This document shows, piece by piece, positions 1-8,064 of a stretch of 32,000 bases of DNA (the first letter of the stretch is position 1; each line of letters begins with the position of its first letter). The notes below the pieces were generated by a model. It did not search any database. It was not told where the DNA came from and was given only the letters and a program-made list of their open reading frames with translations. A program made the position numbers and the translations under genes. The stretch is from Candidatus Baldrarchaeota archaeon (GTDB taxonomy: Archaea > Asgardarchaeota > Baldrarchaeia > Baldrarchaeales > DXJG01): NCBI GenBank assembly GCA_019056805.1, contig DXJG01000001.1, positions 1 to 32,000 on the forward strand, in the 5' to 3' direction.

Positions 1-352
1 CCTACGGGACTTTCACCCTCTATGGTGTGACGTTCCAGTCAACTTCGGCTTCCCAACCTGGACCTTAGGAAATGCCCTACAACACCACATCTCCCTTTCG
101 GGATTCAGTTTGCTCTGTTCCGCGTTCAGTCGCCCCTACTAACGGAATCCCTGTTGGTTTCTTTTCCTGCGGGTACTAAGATGCTTCAATTCCCCGCGTT
201 CCCGACCCTTACGGGTCGCCCTAACGGGCAGGAAGTCCCATTCGGGAATCCCATGTTCAAAGGCTGTATGCGCCTCGCATGGGCTTATCGCAGCTTACCA
301 CGCCCTTCATCGGCGTTCCAAGCCAAGCCATCCCCCAGATAGGATAGTGGAT
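1..352 (-). rRNA. rrl: 23S rRNA, 5' portion (continues beyond the left edge of the window; 5' end approximate)
   Basis: The reverse complement reads ...CTGGGGGATGGCTTGGCTTGGAACGCCGATGAAGGGCGTGGTAAGCTGCGATAAG...GAATTGAAGCATCTTAGTACCCGCAGGAAAAGAAA..., the conserved domain I start of archaeal 23S rRNA. It is GC-rich against an AT-rich background. Confidence 0.97.
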
Positions 353-359
353 AAACAGA

Positions 360-450
360 ATATCTGGATATCACCAGACACAGGGGCTTATGCACGACCT
401 TCATCTAAAATCCAGTCCTTCATCCATAACCTTGCGATTATGGATTGCAC
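360..450 (-). other. Pre-23S spacer with probable processing-stem arm and small hairpins
   Basis: Minus-strand GATGAAGGTCGTGCATAAGC (386-405) resembles the conserved archaeal pre-23S spacer segment. Hairpins TCTGG-N6-CCAGA (363-378) and CCATAA-N8-TTATGG (424-443). The partner arm would lie downstream of the 23S, outside the window. Confidence 0.55.
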
Positions 451-455
451 CTACA

Positions 456-529
456 TGGACCCGGCGGGATTTGAACCCACGGCCTCCGCCTTGCAAGGGC
501 GGCGCTCTACCAGACTGAGCTACGGGCCC
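456..529 (-). tRNA. tRNA-Ala(UGC), no intron, CCA not encoded
   Basis: GGGCCCGTAGCTCAGTCTGGTAGAGCGCCGCCCTTGCAAGGCGGAGGCCGTGGGTTCAAATCCCGCCGGGTCCA: complete cloverleaf, anticodon TGC, G3:U70 pair. Confidence 0.98.
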
Positions 530-641
530 ATATCATTTAGTTGTGTAAGTTGTTTGTTTTTTAATTTTTTCTCTGATATTTATTGGGTTGTGTTTTGTGA
601 TTTGAGTTTGTAAATGAGATTGCTTTGGTGGGTGATGTTGT

Positions 642-1733
642 TTATGGTATTATTTCTGTTGTGTTGTTGTATAGGGGATAGTTAAACTCTTCTTGTTCTA
701 TGGTTCCCTTTTGTATTAGTTTTTTTATTTTTGGTATTGTTTTTGTTAGTTCGTGTATTAGGTGTTTTGTTATGTTACATATTTTTTTGAATCCTTCTAT
801 TCCCCATAGCTTTGTTTTGTTTGCAAATAGGCATCTTCCTCCGCATATTGAATATAGTTTGCATGTTGTGCATGGTTCTTCGATGGTAACTTTATATGGG
901 AGTTCTTTTGGTTCTGAGTTCGATATGTTTCCAATATTGTTCCATTCGAATTCTGGGGCGATTGGACATGCTGTTATTTTTCCTGATGTTGTTATTGTGA
1001 ATGCGTTTATGCCGGCGCCACATCTTAATTCTGTTTTTTCATCGTTTAATAACGTTTTCATGATTCCTATGAATGGTACAATTCCTAGAACTCTTCCTTC
1101 TTTCTCCATTTTCTGGATCCAATATTTAATTAGTTTAGTGATTCCCTGGTTGTATTTTTTTGTCCATTTGTCGAAGTTTTTGTATCTTTGGTACGGTGGT
1201 AGATCCCATTGTACGTCTAGCTGCCAATGTACGTGATTAAATCTCGGGTTTTTTAGTTCAATGAGGTGTTTTACATCTTCGCATATGTTTGTTTTCTCGG
1301 AGACCGCCATTCTTGCTATTAAATCTCCTCTATATCCTCTTTCTTGTACGGTTCTTACATTTTTAATTATTAAATCGTATGTGTTTTTGCCTCGATAGTA
1401 TTCTGTTGTTTCTTTTCTTCCGTCGATCGATACTAGGATAGTGTCAAATTTGTGTAAATATTTTGGTTTTAATTTGTGTAGGAATATTCCGTTTGTTTGG
1501 AGTATATAGCGCTTCGCTGGTATTTCGTCCATTATTTTTTCCATGAGGGATAGTCTTAGGAGGGGTTCTCCTCCGTAGAATGCAATCGTTGGTTCGGGGT
1601 CTTTTTGTATGAAGTTTTTTAGAGTTTTTATGTTGTATGTGATTTCTATTGGTTCTATGTCTGGGTTTGGTTGATTTCCACAGTATTTGCATTTTAAGTT
1701 GCATTTTTGTGTGAGAATTATGAAGTATAGCAT
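642..1733 (-). CDS. Radical SAM/SPASM protein, AF0577-like (TIGR04084-type)
   Basis: CNLKCKYC (CxxxCxxC), FYGGEPLL, and a C-terminal SPASM-like Cys set CGAG...ACP...CTTC..SICGGRC. Confidence 0.85.
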   Translation of the reverse strand: MLYFIILTQKCNLKCKYCGNQPNPDIEPIEITYNIKTLKNFIQKDPEPTIAFYGGEPLLRLSLMEKIMDEIPAKRYILQTNGIFLHKLKPKYLHKFDTILVSIDGRKETTEYYRGKNTYDLIIKNVRTVQERGYRGDLIARMAVSEKTNICEDVKHLIELKNPRFNHVHWQLDVQWDLPPYQRYKNFDKWTKKYNQGITKLIKYWIQKMEKEGRVLGIVPFIGIMKTLLNDEKTELRCGAGINAFTITTSGKITACPIAPEFEWNNIGNISNSEPKELPYKVTIEEPCTTCKLYSICGGRCLFANKTKLWGIEGFKKICNITKHLIHELTKTIPKIKKLIQKGTIEQEEFNYPLYNNTTEIIP

Positions 1734-1794
1734 GTGGCATGCCCACTTGTAAAAATGAATTAGGGGAGTGTTTAAGTTGGTTGATAAATGTTTG

Positions 1795-4251
1795 TTATAG
1801 TTTTAGGTATATGGTTTGGGTTGTTGTTTTGGTGGGTGTTATGATAATTTTTTGTAGGTTCTGTGGCTGTTTTGGTGCTCCGTAGTTAAGGTTTTGTATT
1901 TGGTGCATTTCTTTTAGGTCTTTTTCTACAGGTTTTAGTTCTTGTGGTATCCATGCTTCTGATATAGGTGTTCTTAGGGCTTTTCCATGGTCTTTCTTAT
2001 ACTTCCATATGGCGCTGTTTACTGCTGTTAAGATTAGTGTTATTTCTGTTAGTGGTGTTTCCCATTCTGGATTTGGTTGTGGGAATTTTTCTAGATGAAT
2101 GCTTTTGTTTGGTGAATAAAGTTCTCTGTAGATCTTTTCTGTTATGAAGGGTGTTATTGGAGCTAGTAGTTTTAGTATTGTTTTCAGTACTGTGTGGAGT
2201 GTGTACCATGCCGCTTGTTGTTCTTCCTCTGTGAATTTTTCCTCTCTGTTGTATGCTCTGGATTTTACTAGCTCGATGTAGTGGGATGCAAATATTTCCC
2301 ATGTGAAGCTTCTGGTTTTTGTTGCTGGTGCTTGGAAATCTAGTTTTTCGTATCCTTCTTTTGCTTCTCTTATTAGTTTGTTTAGTTCTCCTAGTATCCA
2401 TTGGTCTGTTGCTGTCAACTCAGGTGTTTTCTCGGGTATTGGGAAAGTTGATATGAATCTGGCTATGTTCCAGAGTTTTACTAGGAATTTGTATGCTCCT
2501 CCTACTCTTTGTTCGGAGAATCTTATGTCTGATCCTAGTCCTGCTTCCATGCTTCCCCAAAGTCTTATTGCATCTACTCCGTATTTTTTGATTAGTGGTT
2601 CTGGCATTACTATGTTTCCTTTTGATTTTGACATTGCTTCACCTTTTTCGTCTACTACCATGCCGCTTATCCATATTTCTCTGAATGCCGGCGATTTTAG
2701 TAGCTGGTATGTTCTTAGTATGGAGTAGTAAAGCCATGTTCTTACTATGTCTTTTCCTTGTGGTCTAATTGAACATGGAAATGCTTTTTTGAAAAATTCT
2801 GGGTCTTTCTTGTATTTTAATATTACAAGTTGTGATATACCTGAGTCAAACCATGTGTCGAAGGTTCTAGTTTCTCCTTTGAAACCTTTTGTTGATCCGC
2901 AGTGTGGGCATTGATTGATTGGTGGGTCTTCTCTCCATGGTTGGTAATATTTTCCTGGGGGTGGTGTGATAGGTTTTCCACATTCCTTGCAGTACCAAAG
3001 TGGAATTTCTGTGCCATAGTATCTTCTTCTACTTATTGGCCAGTCTGTTGTTACTGAGTTAATCCAGTTTATGAGTAGTTGTTTGTGATGTGGTGGATAG
3101 AACTTTATTTTATCTATTATTTTTAGTAAATCCTCGAGAAATTCTATTTGTTTAAGGTAATATTCTGGCATTGCTATAAATTCTATTGGGTCTTTAGATC
3201 TCCAGCAGATAGGGGTTCTATGTACTATTTTTTCTTGTTTAATTAGTAGACCTTGTTCTTTTAAGTCTTTAATTATTTGTTCTCTAGCTTCTTGTACTGT
3301 TAGTCCAGCGTATTTTCCTGCTGCTTCTGTCATTTTTCCATCGACATTAATTGCTATTGTCGGTTTTAATTTTAGTTCTCTGAATAATCTTACATCTCCA
3401 TAGTCTCCGTAAGAACATATCATTACTGCTCCTGTTCCAAACTCTGGGTTGGCTTCTTTATGTGGTATTATAGGTACTTCTATGCCGTAAATTGGAACAA
3501 TTGCGGTTTTTCCATGTAAATGTTTATACCTATCGTCTTCGGGATGTACAATTACACATCCACAAGCGCACAAAAGTTCTGGGCGGGTTGTTGCAATTAT
3601 AAGATCTTCTCCTGTTTCCTTTACCTTGAACTTAATGTAGTTTAGGAAAGACTCTACTTCTTTGTATTCTACTTCTGCATCTGCGATTGTTGTATGGCAT
3701 ACGGGACACCAGTTGTTTGGTCTGTTAGCTTCGTATACTAGTCCCTTTTTCCATAGTTCTATGAATGTTTCTTGTGTTATTTTACGATATTCAGGGCTAT
3801 CTGTACGGTAGATGTCCTCTGATTTAAATGAGTTACAGCTAAGTCCTAGTCTTTTTGCTAATGATACAATTTCCCCCTCGTATTTATCTAATAGCCCCTT
3901 GCAAAGTTTTATGAATTTTTCTCGCGGGGTTTCACGCATTCTAATATTATATTGTTTTTCTACCTGCACCTCTATGGGTAACCCGTTTCTATCTACACCA
4001 AAGGGAAAGAGAACTTCGTATCCTTGCATTCTCCTGTAGCGTGCAATCATATCTATCTGACTATAATGTACTGCTCCACCTATATGCCATTTACCAGAAG
4101 CGTAGGGAGGGGGAGTGTCAACAGAATAGATAGGTTTTTCTGTTTCTTCATTAAATTTGTATGTTTGTTCTTTTTCCCAAAGTTTGATTATTTCTTCTTC
4201 TACTTCTGGTTTCCAACGTTTTTCTTTTAGTTTAGGTTTCAAAATGCTCAT
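1795..4251 (-). CDS. valS: Valyl-tRNA synthetase
   Basis: DTPPPYASG, HIGH-like WHIGG, editing-domain ATTRPE, W.ISRRRYYG, DTWFDS, KMSKS-like AMSKSKGN; 818 aa; GGTGA Shine-Dalgarno (SD) sequence upstream. Confidence 0.95.
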   Translation of the reverse strand: MSILKPKLKEKRWKPEVEEEIIKLWEKEQTYKFNEETEKPIYSVDTPPPYASGKWHIGGAVHYSQIDMIARYRRMQGYEVLFPFGVDRNGLPIEVQVEKQYNIRMRETPREKFIKLCKGLLDKYEGEIVSLAKRLGLSCNSFKSEDIYRTDSPEYRKITQETFIELWKKGLVYEANRPNNWCPVCHTTIADAEVEYKEVESFLNYIKFKVKETGEDLIIATTRPELLCACGCVIVHPEDDRYKHLHGKTAIVPIYGIEVPIIPHKEANPEFGTGAVMICSYGDYGDVRLFRELKLKPTIAINVDGKMTEAAGKYAGLTVQEAREQIIKDLKEQGLLIKQEKIVHRTPICWRSKDPIEFIAMPEYYLKQIEFLEDLLKIIDKIKFYPPHHKQLLINWINSVTTDWPISRRRYYGTEIPLWYCKECGKPITPPPGKYYQPWREDPPINQCPHCGSTKGFKGETRTFDTWFDSGISQLVILKYKKDPEFFKKAFPCSIRPQGKDIVRTWLYYSILRTYQLLKSPAFREIWISGMVVDEKGEAMSKSKGNIVMPEPLIKKYGVDAIRLWGSMEAGLGSDIRFSEQRVGGAYKFLVKLWNIARFISTFPIPEKTPELTATDQWILGELNKLIREAKEGYEKLDFQAPATKTRSFTWEIFASHYIELVKSRAYNREEKFTEEEQQAAWYTLHTVLKTILKLLAPITPFITEKIYRELYSPNKSIHLEKFPQPNPEWETPLTEITLILTAVNSAIWKYKKDHGKALRTPISEAWIPQELKPVEKDLKEMHQIQNLNYGAPKQPQNLQKIIITPTKTTTQTIYLKL

Positions 4252-4542
4252 ATCTACTCACCACGTAGCTGTTTGAAAATTTAATGAGTAAAATCCTCAT
4301 TTTTATAAGCAAAAATTTAAAACAATTATACAATAGCTTTATGGAAGGTGTTGAAGAGTATAGTGAAAAGGGAAACTTATGTAGAGACTTTAGAGCACCT
4401 CCAGTTCACCGCGTTAACCTCCACATACACTAGAAATAACCCTTTACATCATATTAATTAAACTTTTCGTGATAAGTTTAAATTTATGGGTAACTTCCTT
4501 TAACAACTCTTCATGTAAAATATCTAATTGGAGGATTAAAGA

Positions 4543-5226
4543 TTGAAAATTGTAATTAAGATCGGAGGGTCATTAATTCAGCTTGGAGAAGAAATTGACC
4601 TAGAATTGATTTCTAAATATGCTGAAGTAATCAGGAGATTAAAAAGGGAAGGACATAAACTGGTAATTGTTGTCGGAGGGGGTGTTATAGCTCGAAAATA
4701 CATAGAAACTATGAGGAAATTAAAAGCTCCTGAATCTGTTTGTGACTTATTGGGTATAAAGATCGCTAGATTAAATGCTTATATTTTAATTTCAGCGATA
4801 AGAAATGATGTTTATCCTAAAGTCCCGGAAACTCTTGAAGAAGCCATTTCTGTATTTTCTATGGGGAAAATTGTTGTTATGGGTGGTTTGCAGCCTGGTC
4901 AATCAACAAATGCTGTAGCGGCCCTGCTTGCTGAATCAATAAGAGCGGATATTCTTGTAAATGCAACAACTGTAGACGGTGTCTATACTGCTCCTCCAGA
5001 AACCCCGGGAGCTAAAAAACTTGATCAGGTAACTACAGACCAGCTTATGGAGATTATGCAGAGTTCGACTGAATTTAAAGCTGGAGAATATAGACTTTTC
5101 GATCCTTTGGCTATTCTTATAGTGCGTAGAGCAAGATTACCGGTAAAAATCATTGATGGACGTGACCCACAAAATATTTTGAAAGCTATAAGGGGAGAAA
5201 AAGTAGGGACAACAGTAATACCTTAG
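4543..5226 (+). CDS. pyrH: UMP kinase
   Basis: KIGGSL, VVGGG..AR, GGLQPGQST, VDGVY, FDPLA motifs of archaeal PyrH. TTG start with a GGAGG SD at 4530-4534. Confidence 0.95.
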   Translation: MKIVIKIGGSLIQLGEEIDLELISKYAEVIRRLKREGHKLVIVVGGGVIARKYIETMRKLKAPESVCDLLGIKIARLNAYILISAIRNDVYPKVPETLEEAISVFSMGKIVVMGGLQPGQSTNAVAALLAESIRADILVNATTVDGVYTAPPETPGAKKLDQVTTDQLMEIMQSSTEFKAGEYRLFDPLAILIVRRARLPVKIIDGRDPQNILKAIRGEKVGTTVIP

Positions 5227-5391
5227 TAAAAGTATATTATGATTTAATATTAAATTAGTTTGATAAGTTGGAGATGTCTCCTACTCGGCAGGGTTTTCAC
5301 TCGCTTAAAAACTCTTCTAGTGAATAGAGGTCACAATTATTAAATCAACTAAGAGTTTTATTCTCTTCTCTGTCTAATGGGTTTGAAATTT

Positions 5392-5550
5392 TGGTGCGGG
5401 GGGTGGGATTTGAACCCACGTAGGCTTGCGCGGTTTATTTCCTCTACGCCAGCGGATCTTGAGTTTCGGCCAGGTTTTTAGGGGGCCTGTCCGCCGCCTT
5501 TGATCGAGCCCCTTGATATTTGGTCTTTGACCTGGCTCGGCCACCCCCGC
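5392..5550 (-). tRNA. tRNA-Leu(CAA) with three introns (5500-5526, 5465-5490, 5426-5443); CCA encoded
   Basis: Removing the 27-, 26- and 18-nt inserts gives GCGGGGGTGGCCGAGCCAGGTCAAAGGCGGCGGACTCAAGATCCGCTGGCGTAGGCCTACGTGGGTTCAAATCCCACCCCCCGCACCA (88 nt, type II tRNA). Each junction folds as a bulge-helix-bulge (BHB). Confidence 0.93.
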
Positions 5551-5577
5551 GCAGTCTACTTTTATCTACCGTACTTC

Positions 5578-5593
5578 ATATATATTGTTTTCT
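5578..5593 (-). promoter_or_regulatory. Candidate BRE/TATA promoter of tRNA-Leu
   Basis: Minus-strand GAAAACAATATATAT about 28-42 nt upstream of tRNA G1. Confidence 0.5.
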
Positions 5594-5712
5594 TGTATTA
5601 TAGAGTTAGATTTTAAATTTTCAATATTTTTTGATTGTATGTGAGGTTCATTGTGAACTTCTATCAAATTATCAAATTATGTTATGGCGAATGATTTGTT
5701 GGAGGCAGCAGT

Positions 5713-6909
5713 GTGGAAAATTTGAATGAAAAAGCTGAAGAGTTAGCATTGAGATACAAATTTCCTGTTGACATTGTTATAAGATGGTTAGAGCGGTATG
5801 GAAAACGGGCAGAGAAAATTTTAGCGGCATTAAAGACTCCTCCTAATAGATTTTCGATTCGTGTGAATTTATTAAAATCTAGAACTGAGGATGTTGTTGA
5901 TTTTTTGGAACGAAAAGGAATTAAAGTAGAATTGCACAAAGATTTAGAGGAAGTTTTATTTCTAAAGGTAAAAGGTCCTTTTAAACTTCCCAAAGTTGAT
6001 AAGTTTGTTGTTGCTGATAAAAAAGCAGCTGAAAGCGTTTTGATGGGTGCTCATTTATTTGCGCCTGGGGTATTGCAAGCTAAGGGTGTGGTAAGGGGAG
6101 ATAGAGTAGCGGTTGTGGACGAATATGGGCAGATTGTTGGGGTCGGAATTGCTATAATGGATGGTAAAGACATGGTTAAAGTTGGTAGAGGAATTGCCGT
6201 GGAGATTGTCCATTCTCTTTTTAATGTTCCAAGTTTCAGGGGATCTGAGATTTTCGAAGAGGGTTTAATATATCCTCAAAGTTTCCCAGCTATTGTTGTA
6301 AGTAGGGTGTTGGACCCCGAGCCTGGAGATTTTGTTGTTGATATGTGCGCTGCTCCTGGTGGTAAAACTTCGCATATTGCTCAATTGATGAATAATTCTG
6401 GAAAAATTCTTGCCGTTGATAGATCTGAAGCTAAAATTAGGGGTTTAAAAGAAAATCTAATGAGACTTGGTGTTAAAATTGTCGATGCCTATGTAGGTGA
6501 TGCTAGGGAGCTTCCAGTTAGGTTTCCTTCTCTTAAGGCTGATAAGGTCCTTTTAGATCCTCCTTGTTCAGCTTTGGGCGTTCGACCTAAACTTTACGAA
6601 ACGCGGGGTGTAAAAGATATTTTAACTCTATCTGCTTATCAACGTTCTTTTCTTCGGGCTGCTGTGAAAATACTTAGAAAAGGAGGAGTTCTTGTTTATA
6701 GTACTTGTACTCTTAGCCCTGAAGAAAATGAGTTGAATGTAAAGTATGCCATTAACGAATTAAGATTAGAGCTTGAGGAGCAAAAGTATTTTTATGGTTG
6801 TGAGGGTGAGAAATTTATTTCACAATGTAATTTAGTTCAAAGATTTTATCCCGACTTACATGATACTCCTGGATTTTTTATTGCTAAATTTAGGAAGAAG
6901 GTTGATTAG
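5713..6909 (+). CDS. RsmB/NOL1/NOP2/Sun family RNA m5C methyltransferase with PUA domain
   Basis: PUA segment (GAHLFAPGV), DMCAAPGGKT, DPPCSALG (motif IV Cys), YSTCTL (motif VI Cys), PGFFIA. Confidence 0.92.
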   Translation: MENLNEKAEELALRYKFPVDIVIRWLERYGKRAEKILAALKTPPNRFSIRVNLLKSRTEDVVDFLERKGIKVELHKDLEEVLFLKVKGPFKLPKVDKFVVADKKAAESVLMGAHLFAPGVLQAKGVVRGDRVAVVDEYGQIVGVGIAIMDGKDMVKVGRGIAVEIVHSLFNVPSFRGSEIFEEGLIYPQSFPAIVVSRVLDPEPGDFVVDMCAAPGGKTSHIAQLMNNSGKILAVDRSEAKIRGLKENLMRLGVKIVDAYVGDARELPVRFPSLKADKVLLDPPCSALGVRPKLYETRGVKDILTLSAYQRSFLRAAVKILRKGGVLVYSTCTLSPEENELNVKYAINELRLELEEQKYFYGCEGEKFISQCNLVQRFYPDLHDTPGFFIAKFRKKVD

Positions 6910-7535
6910 CGGGATACTTGTATTAATCTGAGAAGGTATTTTACTGGTATTCCATTCAATTCGTCGGAACATTTTTTATCGACAAAAACAATTACTCCTA
7001 TTGGTCTAGCTTCTAGGTCTCTTAGACTTTCTATGGCGTGTTGTACTGTTATTCCTGTTGTAATTACATCGCTAACAATCAGGACTTTCTTGTTTTTCAC
7101 TGTTGCGAATGTAGGATTTATGATTCCTGTGATTTGTTTTTGCTTCTCTTTTATTTCGGAACTGTGTCTTGGTCTTATAATTGCAAATTCCTTTTTTAGT
7201 TCCTCTGATATTTGTAGGGCAAGTGGTACTCCTCCTGTTTCCATCCCAGCTATTACGTCAGGTTCTTCTATTTCTCCACTGTTTATTAGTTCTTCTAGTA
7301 GATGAGCCATCACTTTTCCTACATATTTTAATCTTACTGGGTCTTTCCCTATATTACTCCAGTCTACATATATGTCTCCTACGATTGGTATTCTTTCTTT
7401 TTCTCTCTCTGCGTGTAGTACAAGCCATATTGCTGTGTCTTTTTGTACATTTAATGCATTTGCGATCTCTTCTGTTGATAATCCTTTATCTCTGAGTTCT
7501 TTTGCTTTTTCTATAAGTTCTCTCAAGCTTTTCAT
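6906..7535 (-). CDS. gfcR: HTH-phosphoribosyltransferase (orotate PRTase-like, GfcR-type) regulator
   Basis: N-terminal HTH (LIEKAKELRDKGLSTEEIANALNV...AIWL), then a PRTase fold (G..TGGVPLA; VSDVITTG). An AGGAG SD favours the ATG at 7535; alternative start 7544. Confidence 0.8.
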   Translation of the reverse strand: MKSLRELIEKAKELRDKGLSTEEIANALNVQKDTAIWLVLHAEREKERIPIVGDIYVDWSNIGKDPVRLKYVGKVMAHLLEELINSGEIEEPDVIAGMETGGVPLALQISEELKKEFAIIRPRHSSEIKEKQKQITGIINPTFATVKNKKVLIVSDVITTGITVQHAIESLRDLEARPIGVIVFVDKKCSDELNGIPVKYLLRLIQVSR

Positions 7536-8064
7536 TCTTTTCATCTCCTAATAATTTCTTTTGCACAGCTTTCCTTTTTATTTTTTCACCACATACATCA
7601 CATATTTCTTTGGTGTAATTGGGTGGGAATTTTTTTCTACATGCTGGACAGTAAATTTCCCAAGAAATAAGATATTTTATACCTTTTTGAAATAGAGAAA
7701 CGAACTCTACGCTTAATTTTTTCGCTATATTTTGAATGGAATAGTCGTCCGTTACAATAATTACTTTATTTTTCTTTTTCTTGTAGTCAAGAGCTAGTGC
7801 CAGTAATTTTTTGTCTGTTTCTGAGATGTAGGGTAGATCTCCGGTTTCCTTTGCTATGTGTTCAATTTTTTTAATGGATTCTAAACTTGGTGATTTTATT
7901 TTAATTTTTTCAGCTTGAACATATGTTTCTAAAATGTCTCTCGTCTTTTCGTTTAAAATTTCATTTAAAATTTCTGGGACGGTAACATATTCTGTTTCCG
8001 GCAAATAAGAGAAAAATTTTCCTATAAAAGCAGAAGCATCAAGAATTAAAATCTTTTTGTTCAA
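7486..8064 (-). CDS. nob1: Nob1 PIN endonuclease (small-subunit rRNA maturation)
   Basis: LDASAFI, SETD..LLALA, TDDYSIQN, C-terminal Zn ribbon CPAC...CDVCG. Confidence 0.92.
   Translation of the reverse strand: MNKKILILDASAFIGKFFSYLPETEYVTVPEILNEILNEKTRDILETYVQAEKIKIKSPSLESIKKIEHIAKETGDLPYISETDKKLLALALDYKKKKNKVIIVTDDYSIQNIAKKLSVEFVSLFQKGIKYLISWEIYCPACRKKFPPNYTKEICDVCGEKIKRKAVQKKLLGDEKNEKLERTYRKSKRTQR

Noticed and set aside
154-613. ORF-track entries 154..342 and 347..613
   Set aside because: They are antisense to 23S rRNA and tRNA-Ala and have no protein features.
700-4230. Shadow ORFs over the radical SAM gene and valS (700..1236, 1444..1746, 1997..2401, 2303..2728 etc.) and similar short ORFs throughout the track
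   Set aside because: They lie fully inside well-supported genes in other frames or strands, and their composition mirrors the host gene's codon bias.
4341-4433. 30-aa ORF MEGVEEYSEKGNLCRDFRAPPVHRVNLHIH in the valS-pyrH gap, considered as a radical SAM precursor or structured RNA
   Set aside because: No SD, the nearby TATA-like elements are better explained as the valS promoter, the hairpin is imperfect, and it is 2.6 kb from the enzyme.
5502-5508. Shared 7-mer GCTCGAT in tRNA-Leu intron 1 and the tRNA-Pro intron, considered as intron transposition
   Set aside because: Too short; the rest of the two introns is unrelated.
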